From positions 4,191-68,190 of the IMG/VR virus record IMGVR_UViG_3300024254_000008: 64,000 bases of DNA; one strand, 5' to 3'. Both the position numbers and the translations under genes were made by a program. Under the pieces are notes generated by a model. The model did not search any database and had not been told where the DNA came from. It saw only the letters and a program-made list of their open reading frames with translations. The stretch comes from a virus (taxonomy: Duplodnaviria; Caudoviricetes). Below are positions 8,107 to 16,939 of the stretch, in pieces (positions within the stretch are counted from its first letter, which is position 1; the number at the start of each line of letters is the position of its first letter).

Positions 8107-8313
8107 ATGGGTACGGCGGAACTTCTCGATTTGGCCAAGGGATTTGGAGCCAGCGCGCCGATAGTGGCGTTGTTGCTTTATTTGTTGGTGTCGGAACGTA
8201 AGAAAAACGACAGACTGCAAGAGGACAACATAGAGATGATCAAGGAAACCGTCGCGCTGGGGGTGTCCTTGAAGTCTCTCCTCGAACGGGTTGTCGTCAA
8301 GATTGGAGCCTAG
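8107..8313 (+). CDS. Candidate holin or lysis membrane protein
   Basis: One hydrophobic segment plus a charged coiled tail, upstream of spanins. Confidence 0.5.
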   Translation: MGTAELLDLAKGFGASAPIVALLLYLLVSERKKNDRLQEDNIEMIKETVALGVSLKSLLERVVVKIGA

Positions 8314-8316
8314 CCT

Positions 8317-8502
8317 ATGCGGCCACTTCCTCGTGATCCATTGCGCGAGCAGGCGCGGGAGTTGATTCGCAGCAGTCAGGATTTGGTGTCTCGGATTATC
8401 CAGACACTCGATGCTGTTGAGCCGATTCTTGATGCAGCGAAACCCGAGGACAAACCTGAGCTTCGTTCGTTGCCACGACGTAACGAAAGTCAGCCGTACT
8501 GA
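8317..8502 (+). CDS. Hypothetical protein
   Basis: Short ORF in the lysis cluster. Confidence 0.5.
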   Translation: MRPLPRDPLREQARELIRSSQDLVSRIIQTLDAVEPILDAAKPEDKPELRSLPRRNESQPY

Positions 8503-8511
8503 GAGGTATCC

Positions 8512-8643
8512 ATGTCCTTTACCGTCGTTCTCCTGATTGGTGTCGCTATCGGCATCGTTGTGAAGACTCTGATCCCTATTATGCCGCTGGATGACCCCAT
8601 TCGCAGGGGATGGGCATGGCTCTGGTCCAAGGTGGCGGGGTAA
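8512..8643 (+). CDS. Small membrane protein, 43 aa (holin/antiholin candidate)
   Basis: RBS GAGG; MSFTVVLLIGVAIGIVVKTLIPIMPLDDPIRRGWAWLWSKVAG; absent from the ORF track. Confidence 0.6.
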   Translation: MSFTVVLLIGVAIGIVVKTLIPIMPLDDPIRRGWAWLWSKVAG

Positions 8644-9033
8644 GTGCTGGGCCTAAGTTCTATACCGTGGCTGATCACTGTTCTCGCTCTTGTGGCCGGC
8701 GGTGGTGGCACGTTGTGGTATCGTAGCCAGTATGAAGGCTGTGTGGCGGACCGTGCCGCCGAGCGGACAGCGGCTGAGCAAGCCAAGAACGTTGCCTTGA
8801 CCAAGGCACAGGAGACGTCGGACGCGATCATTTCCCAGCAAGCGGTGGCGTTGGCGGCGACTGCCCAAAAGGTTAACACCATCACCGAAAGGATCATTCA
8901 TGTTCCGGTCACGACGGTTTGCGCTGCTTCTCCTGCCATGCGGGCTGCTACTGTCGGCGTGCGGGACACGATTGGACCGGCCAGTGGTGGTCAAGCTCCA
9001 GCCGGGCGCGGCGCTTCTGTCTCCGTGCGTTGA
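8644..9033 (+). CDS. i-spanin (Rz-like)
   Basis: N-terminal TM helix then Ala-rich coiled coil; overlapped by a lipoprotein gene. Confidence 0.8.
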   Translation: MLGLSSIPWLITVLALVAGGGGTLWYRSQYEGCVADRAAERTAAEQAKNVALTKAQETSDAIISQQAVALAATAQKVNTITERIIHVPVTTVCAASPAMRAATVGVRDTIGPASGGQAPAGRGASVSVR

Positions 9034-9166
9034 TCCGGCGTTGGTGCCCAATCCCGACACGGCAACGGACACCGATATCGCCCTTGAGCGGGTGAAGGTC
9101 GCGGAAGCCTACGTCAATTGCCGGCAGAAGCAGGCCGATCTTGCCAAGTGGGTGCTGGCGCAATGA
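8900..9166 (+). CDS. o-spanin (Rz1-like) lipoprotein
   Basis: Signal peptide with lipobox LLSAC, Pro-rich; +1 frame overlap with the i-spanin; RBS GAAAGGA. Confidence 0.85.
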   Translation: MFRSRRFALLLLPCGLLLSACGTRLDRPVVVKLQPGAALLSPCVDPALVPNPDTATDTDIALERVKVAEAYVNCRQKQADLAKWVLAQ

Positions 9167-9438
9167 GTGATTCAATGCCACAGCCTATTCCTCTCAAAAA
9201 AGTCAAGACTCACGCGGCTCCGCATCCTCCTTTGGTCAAGATGCTTGAGGGAATGCTGGAGTCCGCCAAGAAAGTCGAACTGCAGGCAGTTGCTTGTGCC
9301 TGTGTCTATGCCAGTGATCTTGAACCGGGCGGAGGCGTTAGTTCGGGATGGCAATGCGCCCCATTCACTCGATACGCCATGGCCTTTGCCATGAGCGAGT
9401 TGAACCATGAAGTTCCTCGCATGTTCCACGAGGACTAG
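9163..9438 (+). CDS. Hypothetical protein
   Basis: ATGA overlap with the o-spanin stop. Confidence 0.6.
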   Translation: MSDSMPQPIPLKKVKTHAAPHPPLVKMLEGMLESAKKVELQAVACACVYASDLEPGGGVSSGWQCAPFTRYAMAFAMSELNHEVPRMFHED

Positions 9439-9482
9439 CCAAAAAGCTCAAAATAAGCGTATCTTCCCCGGCAATTGGCTCT

Positions 9483-9734
9483 TTGGGGTGTCCATTGCCC
9501 GACGAAAACCCGTTCCGTCAGTTCTACGAGCAAGGTGGCTACGTCGGCAACGGCGCGGCCGGCAAACGCTTGAAGATGGCGCTGTGGGGCTCGCAGTATA
9601 TGGCAGACGGCGGGAAAGTGATGCCGCCGTTCAATCTGGCCTATGGATCGCAGTATTTCAGCCGTGGTGGCGGCGTTGACGATCTGGTGAAAGCGATGAT
9701 CGAGCTTCACCGGGCTTGCGGGGGACGCGTGTGA
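9483..9734 (+). CDS. Small protein with three [FYM]xxGGxV motifs
   Basis: YEQGGYV, MADGGKV, FSRGGGV; stop overlaps the portal start. Confidence 0.6.
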   Translation: MGCPLPDENPFRQFYEQGGYVGNGAAGKRLKMALWGSQYMADGGKVMPPFNLAYGSQYFSRGGGVDDLVKAMIELHRACGGRV

Positions 9735-12340
9735 CCGACACTTCAATGGCGTATGATCCCTTCGGTCAGCCCAATCGCGGCGGTCCGTCGACCTTGACCG
9801 ACGTCCAGCCGATGGGCTCTCAGGTCATTCTCAACGATGACGGCACGGCCGAGGTTCACGGCCCCGATCACAAGCCGGGGCCGGAAGCGGCCGGACATTT
9901 CGACAATCTGGCGAATTTCATGGAGGACGCGCGGCTCAATTCGCTGTGCAGCGACATGCTGGACGCCATCGAGCAGGACAAGGAAAGCCGGGCGGAGCGC
10001 GACCGGCAATACGAGGAAGGGCTCAACCGGACCGGCATGGGGAGCAACGTCGTTGGCGGAGCGAATTTCCTCGGCGCTTCGCGGGCGGTTCATCCGATGC
10101 TGTTGGAAGCGGCCATCGATTTTGGTGGCGGCGTGATGAACGAGATGTTGCCACCGGACGGCCCGGTCAAGGCTGCGATCATCGGCGACGAGACGGATGC
10201 CAAGATGGAGCGCGCCAAGCGGGTGGCACGCTACATGAACTGGCAGCTAACCGAGCAAATGACGTCGGCGTATCACGAGTTCGAGGTTGGCTTCACGCAG
10301 TGCCCGCTGGGTGGCGCGTTTTACACCAAGGGGTATGCGGAAAATGGCATCCCGAATTCGGCCTTCATCGCCATCGACGACGTTTATCGCCCTTGGAACG
10401 ACGGAGATTTTTACAGCCAGCCCCGCATCACCCATCGCCAGAAGGTCGACCGCTGGACTTACCGAACCAACGTACGGTCCGGCATATGGCTCGATGTGGT
10501 CGACACCAGTGGCGTCGGCTCCGACGTGCCCGAGCAATCGATGGCCGAACAGGCCAATGACCGTATCATCGGTCGGTCGCTTCCTACGGAAAATATCGAC
10601 GGCATTCGCGAAGTGTACGAGACGTCATGCGTGATTCCTCTCAATGAGGATGACGACGAGCTTGAGCCCTATCTCGTCACCATCGACGTCGAGGCGCGCA
10701 AGATCGTCTCGATCTATCGAAATTGGCGGGAAAACGACCTCAAGAAGCAACGCCTGATCTTCCTGATCGAGTGGCCGTTCTGGCCGTGGCGTGGTGGCTA
10801 TCCGGTCGGCATGACTCACATGATCGGATCGCTCAGCGGCGCGACCACGGGAACGATGCGGGCGCTTCTCGATGCTGGCATGCTCAACACGACCCAGACG
10901 GGTGTGCGCCTCAAGGGCGGTTCGACGGCCGGCGGCCAGACGGTCAAGCCACAGGTCACCGAGATCACTGAGATTCAGGGCTCGCTGGCACAGGACGATA
11001 TTCGCAAGACGTTCATGCCGTTGGAGTTCAATGAGCCCAGTCCCGTGCTGTTCCAGTTGTTGGGCTTCCTTGTCGACGCAGGTCGGGGTGTCGTTCGGAC
11101 GACATTCGACGAATACGACAAGATCAACGGCCAGACACCGGTCGGTACGGCCCAGATGTTCATCGAGCAGGGGCTCAAGAACTTTGGCAGCGTCCATGCT
11201 CGACTTCACCGGTCGATGAAGCTGTTCCTGAAGTGGCTTTATGACCTGAACCGCGACACGCTGACCGACCAGACCATCGTCGACCAGTTGGGCGAATTGA
11301 CTGTCACGGCGGCTGACTTCCAAGGCCCGATGACGGTCATCCCGGTATCCGATCCGCGCATCTTCTCGGATTTGCAGCGCAAGGCGATGGCGCAGACGAT
11401 TGCCCAACGCGCCCAATTGAACCCGTTGGTCTACAACGCGCGGGCGGCAGAAGCTCACTTCCTGCGCCAGTATGGCGTGGCTGATCCCGATCAGTTTCTC
11501 GTTCCCAACCCTGTGCCCAAGCAGTTGAACGCGGTCGCCGAAAACGTGACGGCGTCGGGTTCGGGCGTGGTCAAGGCGTATCCCGGTCAGGATCACGAGG
11601 CCCATATCAAGCTGCACATGGATTATCTGCGCGACAAGCAGTTCGGCTTCAACCCGGCGATTGCGCCTGTCTTCATTCCCAAGATGATCGCCCATCTGGC
11701 CGAGCATATTGGACTTTGGTATTCTGACGCGATGCTGGAAGCGGCGACAGCGGCGTTGCGTGCTCAAACAGGCAATCCGGACATCACGCTCGATTCGTTC
11801 ATGATGGAAGGCGTTCAGGTCCCGTTGGATCGTCTCATGGCCCAGCTTGACGAGGATGTGCTGAAACACGCGCAGGAGCAGATGAAGGAGGTTCCCGATA
11901 TCATCTACGAGGCGCGTGATCTTCTGAAAGAGCTTGCGCCGCCGACTCCGATGGACCCGAGCGCTGTTGCGGCCGACGACGTCAATCGTCAGCGGATGGC
12001 CGACAAGATGCAGCATCAGGGGAAGGTCATCGAGCTTGCTGAGCGCAAGCAGGCGCGCGAGGCAGCCGATGCCTTGAAGGCGCAAGAGCAGGAAACCAAC
12101 GCTGCATTGAAGGCCCAGCAAGAGAAACGGCAGGCCGGCGAAAGTGCGGTGCGTCTGGCGCTCGATGCCAAGAAAGCGGCGCAAGGCGAGATTCAGGCCG
12201 AGCAGGATCGTCAGTCGCGCGAAGCGATCACCGATGCCAACAATGAGACGAAGCTCGAAATTGCCGAGGGCAAGGACGAGACAGCGATTGAAGTGGCCGA
12301 CATGCGGCCCGCGCCCAGTTCAGCGACAGGAGGTGAGTGA
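9731..12340 (+). CDS. Portal protein
   Basis: FLGASRAVHPMLLEAA, CPLGGAF..KGY, EFNEPSPVLFQLLG, LHRSMK; long C-terminal coiled coil; position after terL. Confidence 0.88.
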   Translation: MTDTSMAYDPFGQPNRGGPSTLTDVQPMGSQVILNDDGTAEVHGPDHKPGPEAAGHFDNLANFMEDARLNSLCSDMLDAIEQDKESRAERDRQYEEGLNRTGMGSNVVGGANFLGASRAVHPMLLEAAIDFGGGVMNEMLPPDGPVKAAIIGDETDAKMERAKRVARYMNWQLTEQMTSAYHEFEVGFTQCPLGGAFYTKGYAENGIPNSAFIAIDDVYRPWNDGDFYSQPRITHRQKVDRWTYRTNVRSGIWLDVVDTSGVGSDVPEQSMAEQANDRIIGRSLPTENIDGIREVYETSCVIPLNEDDDELEPYLVTIDVEARKIVSIYRNWRENDLKKQRLIFLIEWPFWPWRGGYPVGMTHMIGSLSGATTGTMRALLDAGMLNTTQTGVRLKGGSTAGGQTVKPQVTEITEIQGSLAQDDIRKTFMPLEFNEPSPVLFQLLGFLVDAGRGVVRTTFDEYDKINGQTPVGTAQMFIEQGLKNFGSVHARLHRSMKLFLKWLYDLNRDTLTDQTIVDQLGELTVTAADFQGPMTVIPVSDPRIFSDLQRKAMAQTIAQRAQLNPLVYNARAAEAHFLRQYGVADPDQFLVPNPVPKQLNAVAENVTASGSGVVKAYPGQDHEAHIKLHMDYLRDKQFGFNPAIAPVFIPKMIAHLAEHIGLWYSDAMLEAATAALRAQTGNPDITLDSFMMEGVQVPLDRLMAQLDEDVLKHAQEQMKEVPDIIYEARDLLKELAPPTPMDPSAVAADDVNRQRMADKMQHQGKVIELAERKQAREAADALKAQEQETNAALKAQQEKRQAGESAVRLALDAKKAAQGEIQAEQDRQSREAITDANNETKLEIAEGKDETAIEVADMRPAPSSATGGE

Positions 12341-12555
12341 TGGCCCGTAATCCCGGAACCCGTCTCGGTCGTCCGCCGAAGATGAATCTTCCGCAGCCGG
12401 TCCGGTTGCCGAGCGGAGAGCGACAGGGCGCGACACCGAGCGGGGGACTCGACACGGCGTTTCCCGCCAAGGCGTTCCCGAAGGGCCGGATGGCGTTTCA
12501 TCACGACGATCCTTCGTTCAGTCGAGGCGGATCGGCCCCGTCAAAGAGGCGTTGA
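12340..12555 (+). CDS. Hypothetical protein
   Basis: TGATG coupling to the portal. Confidence 0.55.
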   Translation: MARNPGTRLGRPPKMNLPQPVRLPSGERQGATPSGGLDTAFPAKAFPKGRMAFHHDDPSFSRGGSAPSKRR

Positions 12556-12596
12556 CGAGCCTAGATGTAGTGTGACTATATTGATGGAGAAGCTAA

Positions 12597-12731
12597 ATGC
12601 CGCTTAAAAAGGGTAGCAGCGACAAGGTCGTGAGTCAGAACATCAAGACCGAAATCGCGGCAGGACGGCCGAAACCCCAAGCCGTCGCCATCGCACTCAG
12701 CAAGGCTGGCAAGTCAAACAAAGGGAAATGA
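12597..12731 (+). CDS. Small basic phage protein, 44 aa
   Basis: [39 protein letters not shown]; RBS GGAG; absent from the ORF track. Confidence 0.75.
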   Translation: MPLKKGSSDKVVSQNIKTEIAAGRPKPQAVAIALSKAGKSNKGK

Positions 12732-12733
12732 CC

Positions 12734-12859
12734 ATGGCCAAGACGCCCCTTCCTCCGGGTCCGACTCCGCTCAAGAAGAACTTGGCGGCCGGCATGTCGC
12801 TGCCCGAGGCAACTGCCAAGGCGACGGAGAAGTCGCCCATGCCGGTCAAGCCGCGCTAA
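12734..12859 (+). CDS. Small hypothetical protein, 41 aa
   Basis: Tightly coupled ORF MAKTPLPPGPTPLKKNLAAG... Confidence 0.55.
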   Translation: MAKTPLPPGPTPLKKNLAAGMSLPEATAKATEKSPMPVKPR

Positions 12860-12862
12860 ATC

Positions 12863-13069
12863 GTGGAGCTTGCCTTTCGGCTGTTGGATGAGCTTCGGAA
12901 CGAGGTTCATAACAGCGTCGTCAATCCGCCGGAAGGCAAGCAGACCGAATTCCACTTTGGCCGCATCAGTGGCGGCCTGTTCTATCTGAGTATCCTTGAA
13001 GAGCGCCTGAAAAACGCTTTGGAGGAGCAGTCCAGTCAGCAGCAGCAACGTGAGAGGGAATTTCAGTAA
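12863..13069 (+). CDS. Hypothetical head-module protein
   Basis: Coupled to the next gene by TAATG. Confidence 0.65.
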   Translation: MELAFRLLDELRNEVHNSVVNPPEGKQTEFHFGRISGGLFYLSILEERLKNALEEQSSQQQQREREFQ

Positions 13070-13578
13070 TGCCTCGTGACGGCGAGAAACAGGCATCACG
13101 TATCGTAGCCCCGGAAGCATCCCCGGTCGCTCCAGTGATCAAGGCTACCGGCCGCAAGTACAGCGACGAGCTTCAGTTCGCTTTTCCGGATGTGATCCCA
13201 CCCTATGTGCCGCTCGGCACGCGCATCCTCGTCCAGCTTCGGACGCCCGGAAGCGTTAAGATACTGGGCAACGGCACGAAGTTCTATCTGCCGGACGAAA
13301 CGGTCGACTATGAGAAAATGGTCGTCCAGACCGCCTTGGTCCGTTCACTCGGCCCTGCTGCCTTCAAGAATCGGGCGACCATGCAGAATTGGCCGGAAGG
13401 CGACTGGTGCGTTCCCGGCGAGTTCGTTCGCATTCCCCGCTACGGTGGCGACCGGATCGCCGTCGCGCTCAATGACGAATACAAGCGCGAAGTGATCTTC
13501 ATGACGATGGAAGACAAGGACGTCATTGGCCTCATTCCGGTCGGCTACGATCCGCTCAGCGTCAAGCAGGTGGTGTGA
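13069..13578 (+). CDS. GroES-like co-chaperonin
   Basis: PLGTRILVQ..G..FYLP..TALVRSLGPAAF..WC.PGEFVRIPRYGG..MEDKDVIG. Confidence 0.75.
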   Translation: MPRDGEKQASRIVAPEASPVAPVIKATGRKYSDELQFAFPDVIPPYVPLGTRILVQLRTPGSVKILGNGTKFYLPDETVDYEKMVVQTALVRSLGPAAFKNRATMQNWPEGDWCVPGEFVRIPRYGGDRIAVALNDEYKREVIFMTMEDKDVIGLIPVGYDPLSVKQVV

Positions 13579-14756
13579 CCATGGCGAAAGCTCCAACGGT
13601 AGTGAACGGTATCGATATCGACAGCGACGCCCCTCCGGGCGGCGACGTGGCGCTGGTCGGCGATGCAAGTGGCGACGGCCATATCATCATCGATGGCGAG
13701 GAAGATGATGATGACAATTGGGACCAACCGGGTGGTCCCAAGAAGCCGGTAGCCCGCAAGCAGGGTGGCGAGACGGAAGCAGACGGCGAGTTCGACGAGG
13801 AAGATTCCCGGCTCGCCTACAGCGACACCGATGAGCTTCCGAACGCCGAGACAGAGAACCAACGGCGTGGCCGCCGCGCCCAGCGTAATGCCCGCCGTCG
13901 CGAGCAGCGGACGGCAGCCGAGGCTCAGATCGGCGCGCTACAGGCAACGCTGGAAGAGCAGGGCAAGATCATCCGGAGCCTCGTGACCGGACAGTCCAGC
14001 CTCGCGGTCAATACTGTCGCCGGCCAGATTTCCCAACTTGAAGGGGCTATCCGGATCGCCGACGAAGAGATGGCGACTGCCATCAAGAACGCCGATGGCG
14101 ATACCTTTGCGAAGGCGCAAGGCATCCGTGATGGCATCGTTGGCAGACTCGCCGGTCTGCGCGCTCAGAAGGAGCGTATGGACGCTCTTGCGGCCGATCA
14201 GGGCGACGCGGGCAATCAACAGCAACAACAGCGTCAGCCGGCGCGTCCGCAAGTCGATCCGCGTGTGGTTCAAGTCGTCGAATCCTATTTCGACCGCTTC
14301 TGTGATCGCTTCCCGTGGTTCGATCCGGAAAGCTCCGATCCGGACAGCAACATCGTTCGAGCGGTCGATGCTCACTTGGTGGCGCAGGGCCATCAGCGGC
14401 ACACGCCTGTTTTCTGGCAGGAGATGGAGCGGACCTTGGCGAACCGCTACAATCTCAAGCCGTCGCGCGAGAACGAACAGGTTCAAGAGCAGGACGATCT
14501 ACTACCGCCGCGCCGACAGGAACAACGAGGACCGGCCATGAATCGTGGGGGACAACGGCCGCCGACTACGGGCGGTCGCGGCGGAACGAATGGTCGTTCT
14601 GGCTTCCATCTGAACGAGACGCAGACCAGCATGCTGCGAGACGAGGGTCTGATTGGCGACAACCTTTCCAAGGAAGATATCGCCAAGCGCGACCGGATCA
14701 TCAACAAGTGGCGCGCCGGCACCGATTCGCTGCGTCGTCAGGGAGCGGGCCGATGA
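13575..14756 (+). CDS. Capsid scaffolding-like protein
   Basis: Acidic N-terminus, coiled coil, position before the capsid genes. Confidence 0.65.
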   Translation: MTMAKAPTVVNGIDIDSDAPPGGDVALVGDASGDGHIIIDGEEDDDDNWDQPGGPKKPVARKQGGETEADGEFDEEDSRLAYSDTDELPNAETENQRRGRRAQRNARRREQRTAAEAQIGALQATLEEQGKIIRSLVTGQSSLAVNTVAGQISQLEGAIRIADEEMATAIKNADGDTFAKAQGIRDGIVGRLAGLRAQKERMDALAADQGDAGNQQQQQRQPARPQVDPRVVQVVESYFDRFCDRFPWFDPESSDPDSNIVRAVDAHLVAQGHQRHTPVFWQEMERTLANRYNLKPSRENEQVQEQDDLLPPRRQEQRGPAMNRGGQRPPTTGGRGGTNGRSGFHLNETQTSMLRDEGLIGDNLSKEDIAKRDRIINKWRAGTDSLRRQGAGR

Positions 14757-15448
14757 GCAACGGGAACAAGATCAAGCCGGGCATTCCGATGGGCATGACC
14801 GGCGGCATGGGTACCGATGCGGGCGCTCCGACCGCCGAGGAAATCGCCGAGGCCGAAGCCCGACGTCGGGAAGCCCTTGCCGATCCCCGACCGGTCGACG
14901 AGCGTTTGGCCGAGCGGTACGATACCATCGATTCGGCGCGTGGCGGTCAGGTCTATGACAACGACGATTGGGAGCGGGCGGCTGGCCGCACCGATCCGGA
15001 ACGTCGTGAGCGCATGCGCGCCATCTTCCGCGATTCAGTGTTGCCCAATCTTCCGTCCAAGGAAGGGCTTCACCGTTGCTGGGTGTCGACCACCCACAAC
15101 AACGACACTCCACAGCGCCGGCTCCGTCTGGGTTACTGGTTCTACAAGCTCGAAGATGCTCGCAACGAAGGCTGGCATGCCGACGAATTCGTGATCACCG
15201 ACGCGGCGAGCCCGTACAAGGGCTTCATCATGTGGCGCGAGATGATCGCCATGGAAATCCGGTATGAGGACTACTGCATGATCATGCGGGAGCTTCATCA
15301 CGATCAGCCGATGGATCAGGCCCGCTCGATCTACGAGACACTCGATGCGGCCGGCGAACGCATCCGGGATATGGGCGGCCGAACGACCATGGCCCCCGGC
15401 ATGGAAACGCTTCGCCAGTTCACGAAGCCCCCGAGGCAGTTCCAGTAG
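14753..15448 (+). CDS. Head-module hypothetical protein
   Basis: ATGA overlap; LPNLP..GLHRCWVST..RRLRLGY..IMWREMIAMEI. Confidence 0.7.
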   Translation: MSNGNKIKPGIPMGMTGGMGTDAGAPTAEEIAEAEARRREALADPRPVDERLAERYDTIDSARGGQVYDNDDWERAAGRTDPERRERMRAIFRDSVLPNLPSKEGLHRCWVSTTHNNDTPQRRLRLGYWFYKLEDARNEGWHADEFVITDAASPYKGFIMWREMIAMEIRYEDYCMIMRELHHDQPMDQARSIYETLDAAGERIRDMGGRTTMAPGMETLRQFTKPPRQFQ

Positions 15449-15938
15449 CGCGTCGATCCTCGTTCCAATCTCGGACGACGTCTTCCAAGTAGTAGAGCCG
15501 CTTCAACGGCCTGTTCTTGGAAAAGGGCGGATTGATCACCAACGCCTTGGCCAGCGTGGGTCGAGACGGGTTATCTATTGGATATTGTCCGGCCGGGGCA
15601 AAGATTTTCGATGGATCAGGTTGATAGGCTTCCAATGCCCGCGCCCGAAGCTCCGGATTTGTGTGGCCGAACATCAGATTATAGATGATCCCCTGCCATG
15701 TACGTTGCGCAGCTTTGAGCTTATCCTCATGGTTGCGCACTTCAAGGAACACGGAAAGAGGAAGCGAAGCCTTTTGGCCGTTGCAGCGCTTGCAGCAACG
15801 GACCTTATTGGTGCGGCCGTCTCGTAGCTCCGGAAAGAGTGTGAGGGCACACTTCGGGATAACGTGGTCTGCAGTCACATCTTGCGGATTGGTGATGGCC
15901 GTGCCGCAATAGTGGCAGACGGATCGAAAGACCGTCAT
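15420..15938 (-). CDS. HNH endonuclease (CxxC...DHVIP...CCxxCN type)
   Basis: CHYCG..TADHVIPK..NKVRCCKRCNGQK. Confidence 0.85.
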   Translation of the reverse strand: MTVFRSVCHYCGTAITNPQDVTADHVIPKCALTLFPELRDGRTNKVRCCKRCNGQKASLPLSVFLEVRNHEDKLKAAQRTWQGIIYNLMFGHTNPELRARALEAYQPDPSKIFAPAGQYPIDNPSRPTLAKALVINPPFSKNRPLKRLYYLEDVVRDWNEDRRATGTASGAS

Positions 15939-15960
15939 TGGAGTCCCCGGATGAAAGGGT

Positions 15961-16037
15961 TGGGGCCGGGGGTAGGATTTGAACCTACGATTTCGAGTTT
16001 ATGAGGCTCGCGAGGACGACCACTCCTCCACCCCGGC
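15961..16037 (-). tRNA. tRNA with CAU anticodon (Met/Ile2-like, atypical)
   Basis: Reverse complement GCCGGGG..GAGG/CCTC D stem, loop CTCATAA, GTAGG-TTCAAAT-CCTAC, C73, encoded CCA. Confidence 0.85.
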
Positions 16038-16044
16038 TGACGAC

Positions 16045-16073
16045 TTTCTAGCTAAATTAGCGGAAATACGCAA
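16045..16073 (-). promoter_or_regulatory. Promoter for the tRNA(CAU)-HNH unit
   Basis: Minus strand TTGCGT-N17-TAGAAA, 7 nt before tRNA G1; spacer holds the dispersed 15-bp motif. Confidence 0.55.
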
Positions 16074-16100
16074 GTACAAAAAAAACATGTGTCTCCCCTA

Positions 16101-16129
16101 TTGACGGCCCCCTAAATCTGGGATTTGAT
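16101..16129 (+). promoter_or_regulatory. Capsid operon promoter
   Basis: TTGACG-N17-TTTGAT. Confidence 0.5.
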
Positions 16130-16338
16130 GCGGACGCTCATCGCTCGCCGCGTTGAGTCCGCCGTTGCGGTAAGATCGTTGCGCCGAAAGCTGGGGACGC
16201 TTAGCCGGACGTGTAGTGTGAACCGAAACGGTCAGGACCCTTCGGCGAGTCCTAGTGTAGGCAGTCCCCGTGGCGACGGGTCGATAGCCACCTTCGCGAG
16301 CAGAACACCCACAATACCTAAGCCTTTGGAGGCTCGGC
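16130..16338 (+). ncRNA. Structured leader RNA upstream of the capsid genes
   Basis: Stems GCGGA/TCCGC, GGGGAC/GTCCCC, ACCG-AAA-CGGT, AGGAC/GTCCT with CTTCGG, GTGGC/GCCAC; AGCCT-TTGG-AGGCT hairpin covers the SD. Confidence 0.5.
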
Positions 16339-16902
16339 ATGACTGCCACTTCGGCTCCGTTTGGACTTCGTTGCGTCTACCATCCTTCGGGTGAGCCCCG
16401 GATCGAGACTCTCACGAACGGCATTGCGTCCGGATACGCGACGGGCCTCTATACCGGTACTCCGGTCAAGCTGACCACGGACGGCACGCTGGTCGCGACG
16501 GCCACGGGCGCGGACAGCACCATCGGCATCTTCGTCGGCTGCTTTTTCATCTCGGGCGGGCGACCGTTCCAGCAAGCCTACTGGCCCGCTGCGCAGACCT
16601 ACGATGCGAATACGCTCATGTGGGCGCAGTATGAGGCGCTCGATCCCAACGCGATCTATGAGGGGCAGGCGGATGGCGCCGTCGCTCAGACCGCCAACGG
16701 CGAGGCCATCAACCTCGTCACCGCGTCGACCGGCTCGATCTACACCCAGCAGTCGGCCCAGTTCCTCAACCACACGACGACGGGGGCCGCGCCCGGCACC
16801 TTCATCGTCCAGAACATCGCACCGTATCCGGACAACGCGTGGGGCGATGCCTTCACCATCGTCCGGGTCCGCATCGGCACGTATCAGGCCCCCATCGCCT
16901 AA
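16339..16902 (+). CDS. Capsid decoration / minor head protein
   Basis: MTATSAPFGLR.. beta-rich, immediately upstream of the MCP. Confidence 0.7.
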   Translation: MTATSAPFGLRCVYHPSGEPRIETLTNGIASGYATGLYTGTPVKLTTDGTLVATATGADSTIGIFVGCFFISGGRPFQQAYWPAAQTYDANTLMWAQYEALDPNAIYEGQADGAVAQTANGEAINLVTASTGSIYTQQSAQFLNHTTTGAAPGTFIVQNIAPYPDNAWGDAFTIVRVRIGTYQAPIA

Positions 16903-16939
16903 CGGGCGACTCTAGGCGACACAACAGGGAGATAGTTTA

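Noticed and set aside
10625-12184. 519-aa minus-strand ORF
   Set aside because: Shadow of the portal gene
16166-16215. c-di-GMP-I (GEMM) riboswitch resemblance (GAAA..GGGACGC)
   Set aside because: The GAAA stem does not pair properly and the GCAAAG and P3 elements are missing; kept only as an unclassified leader
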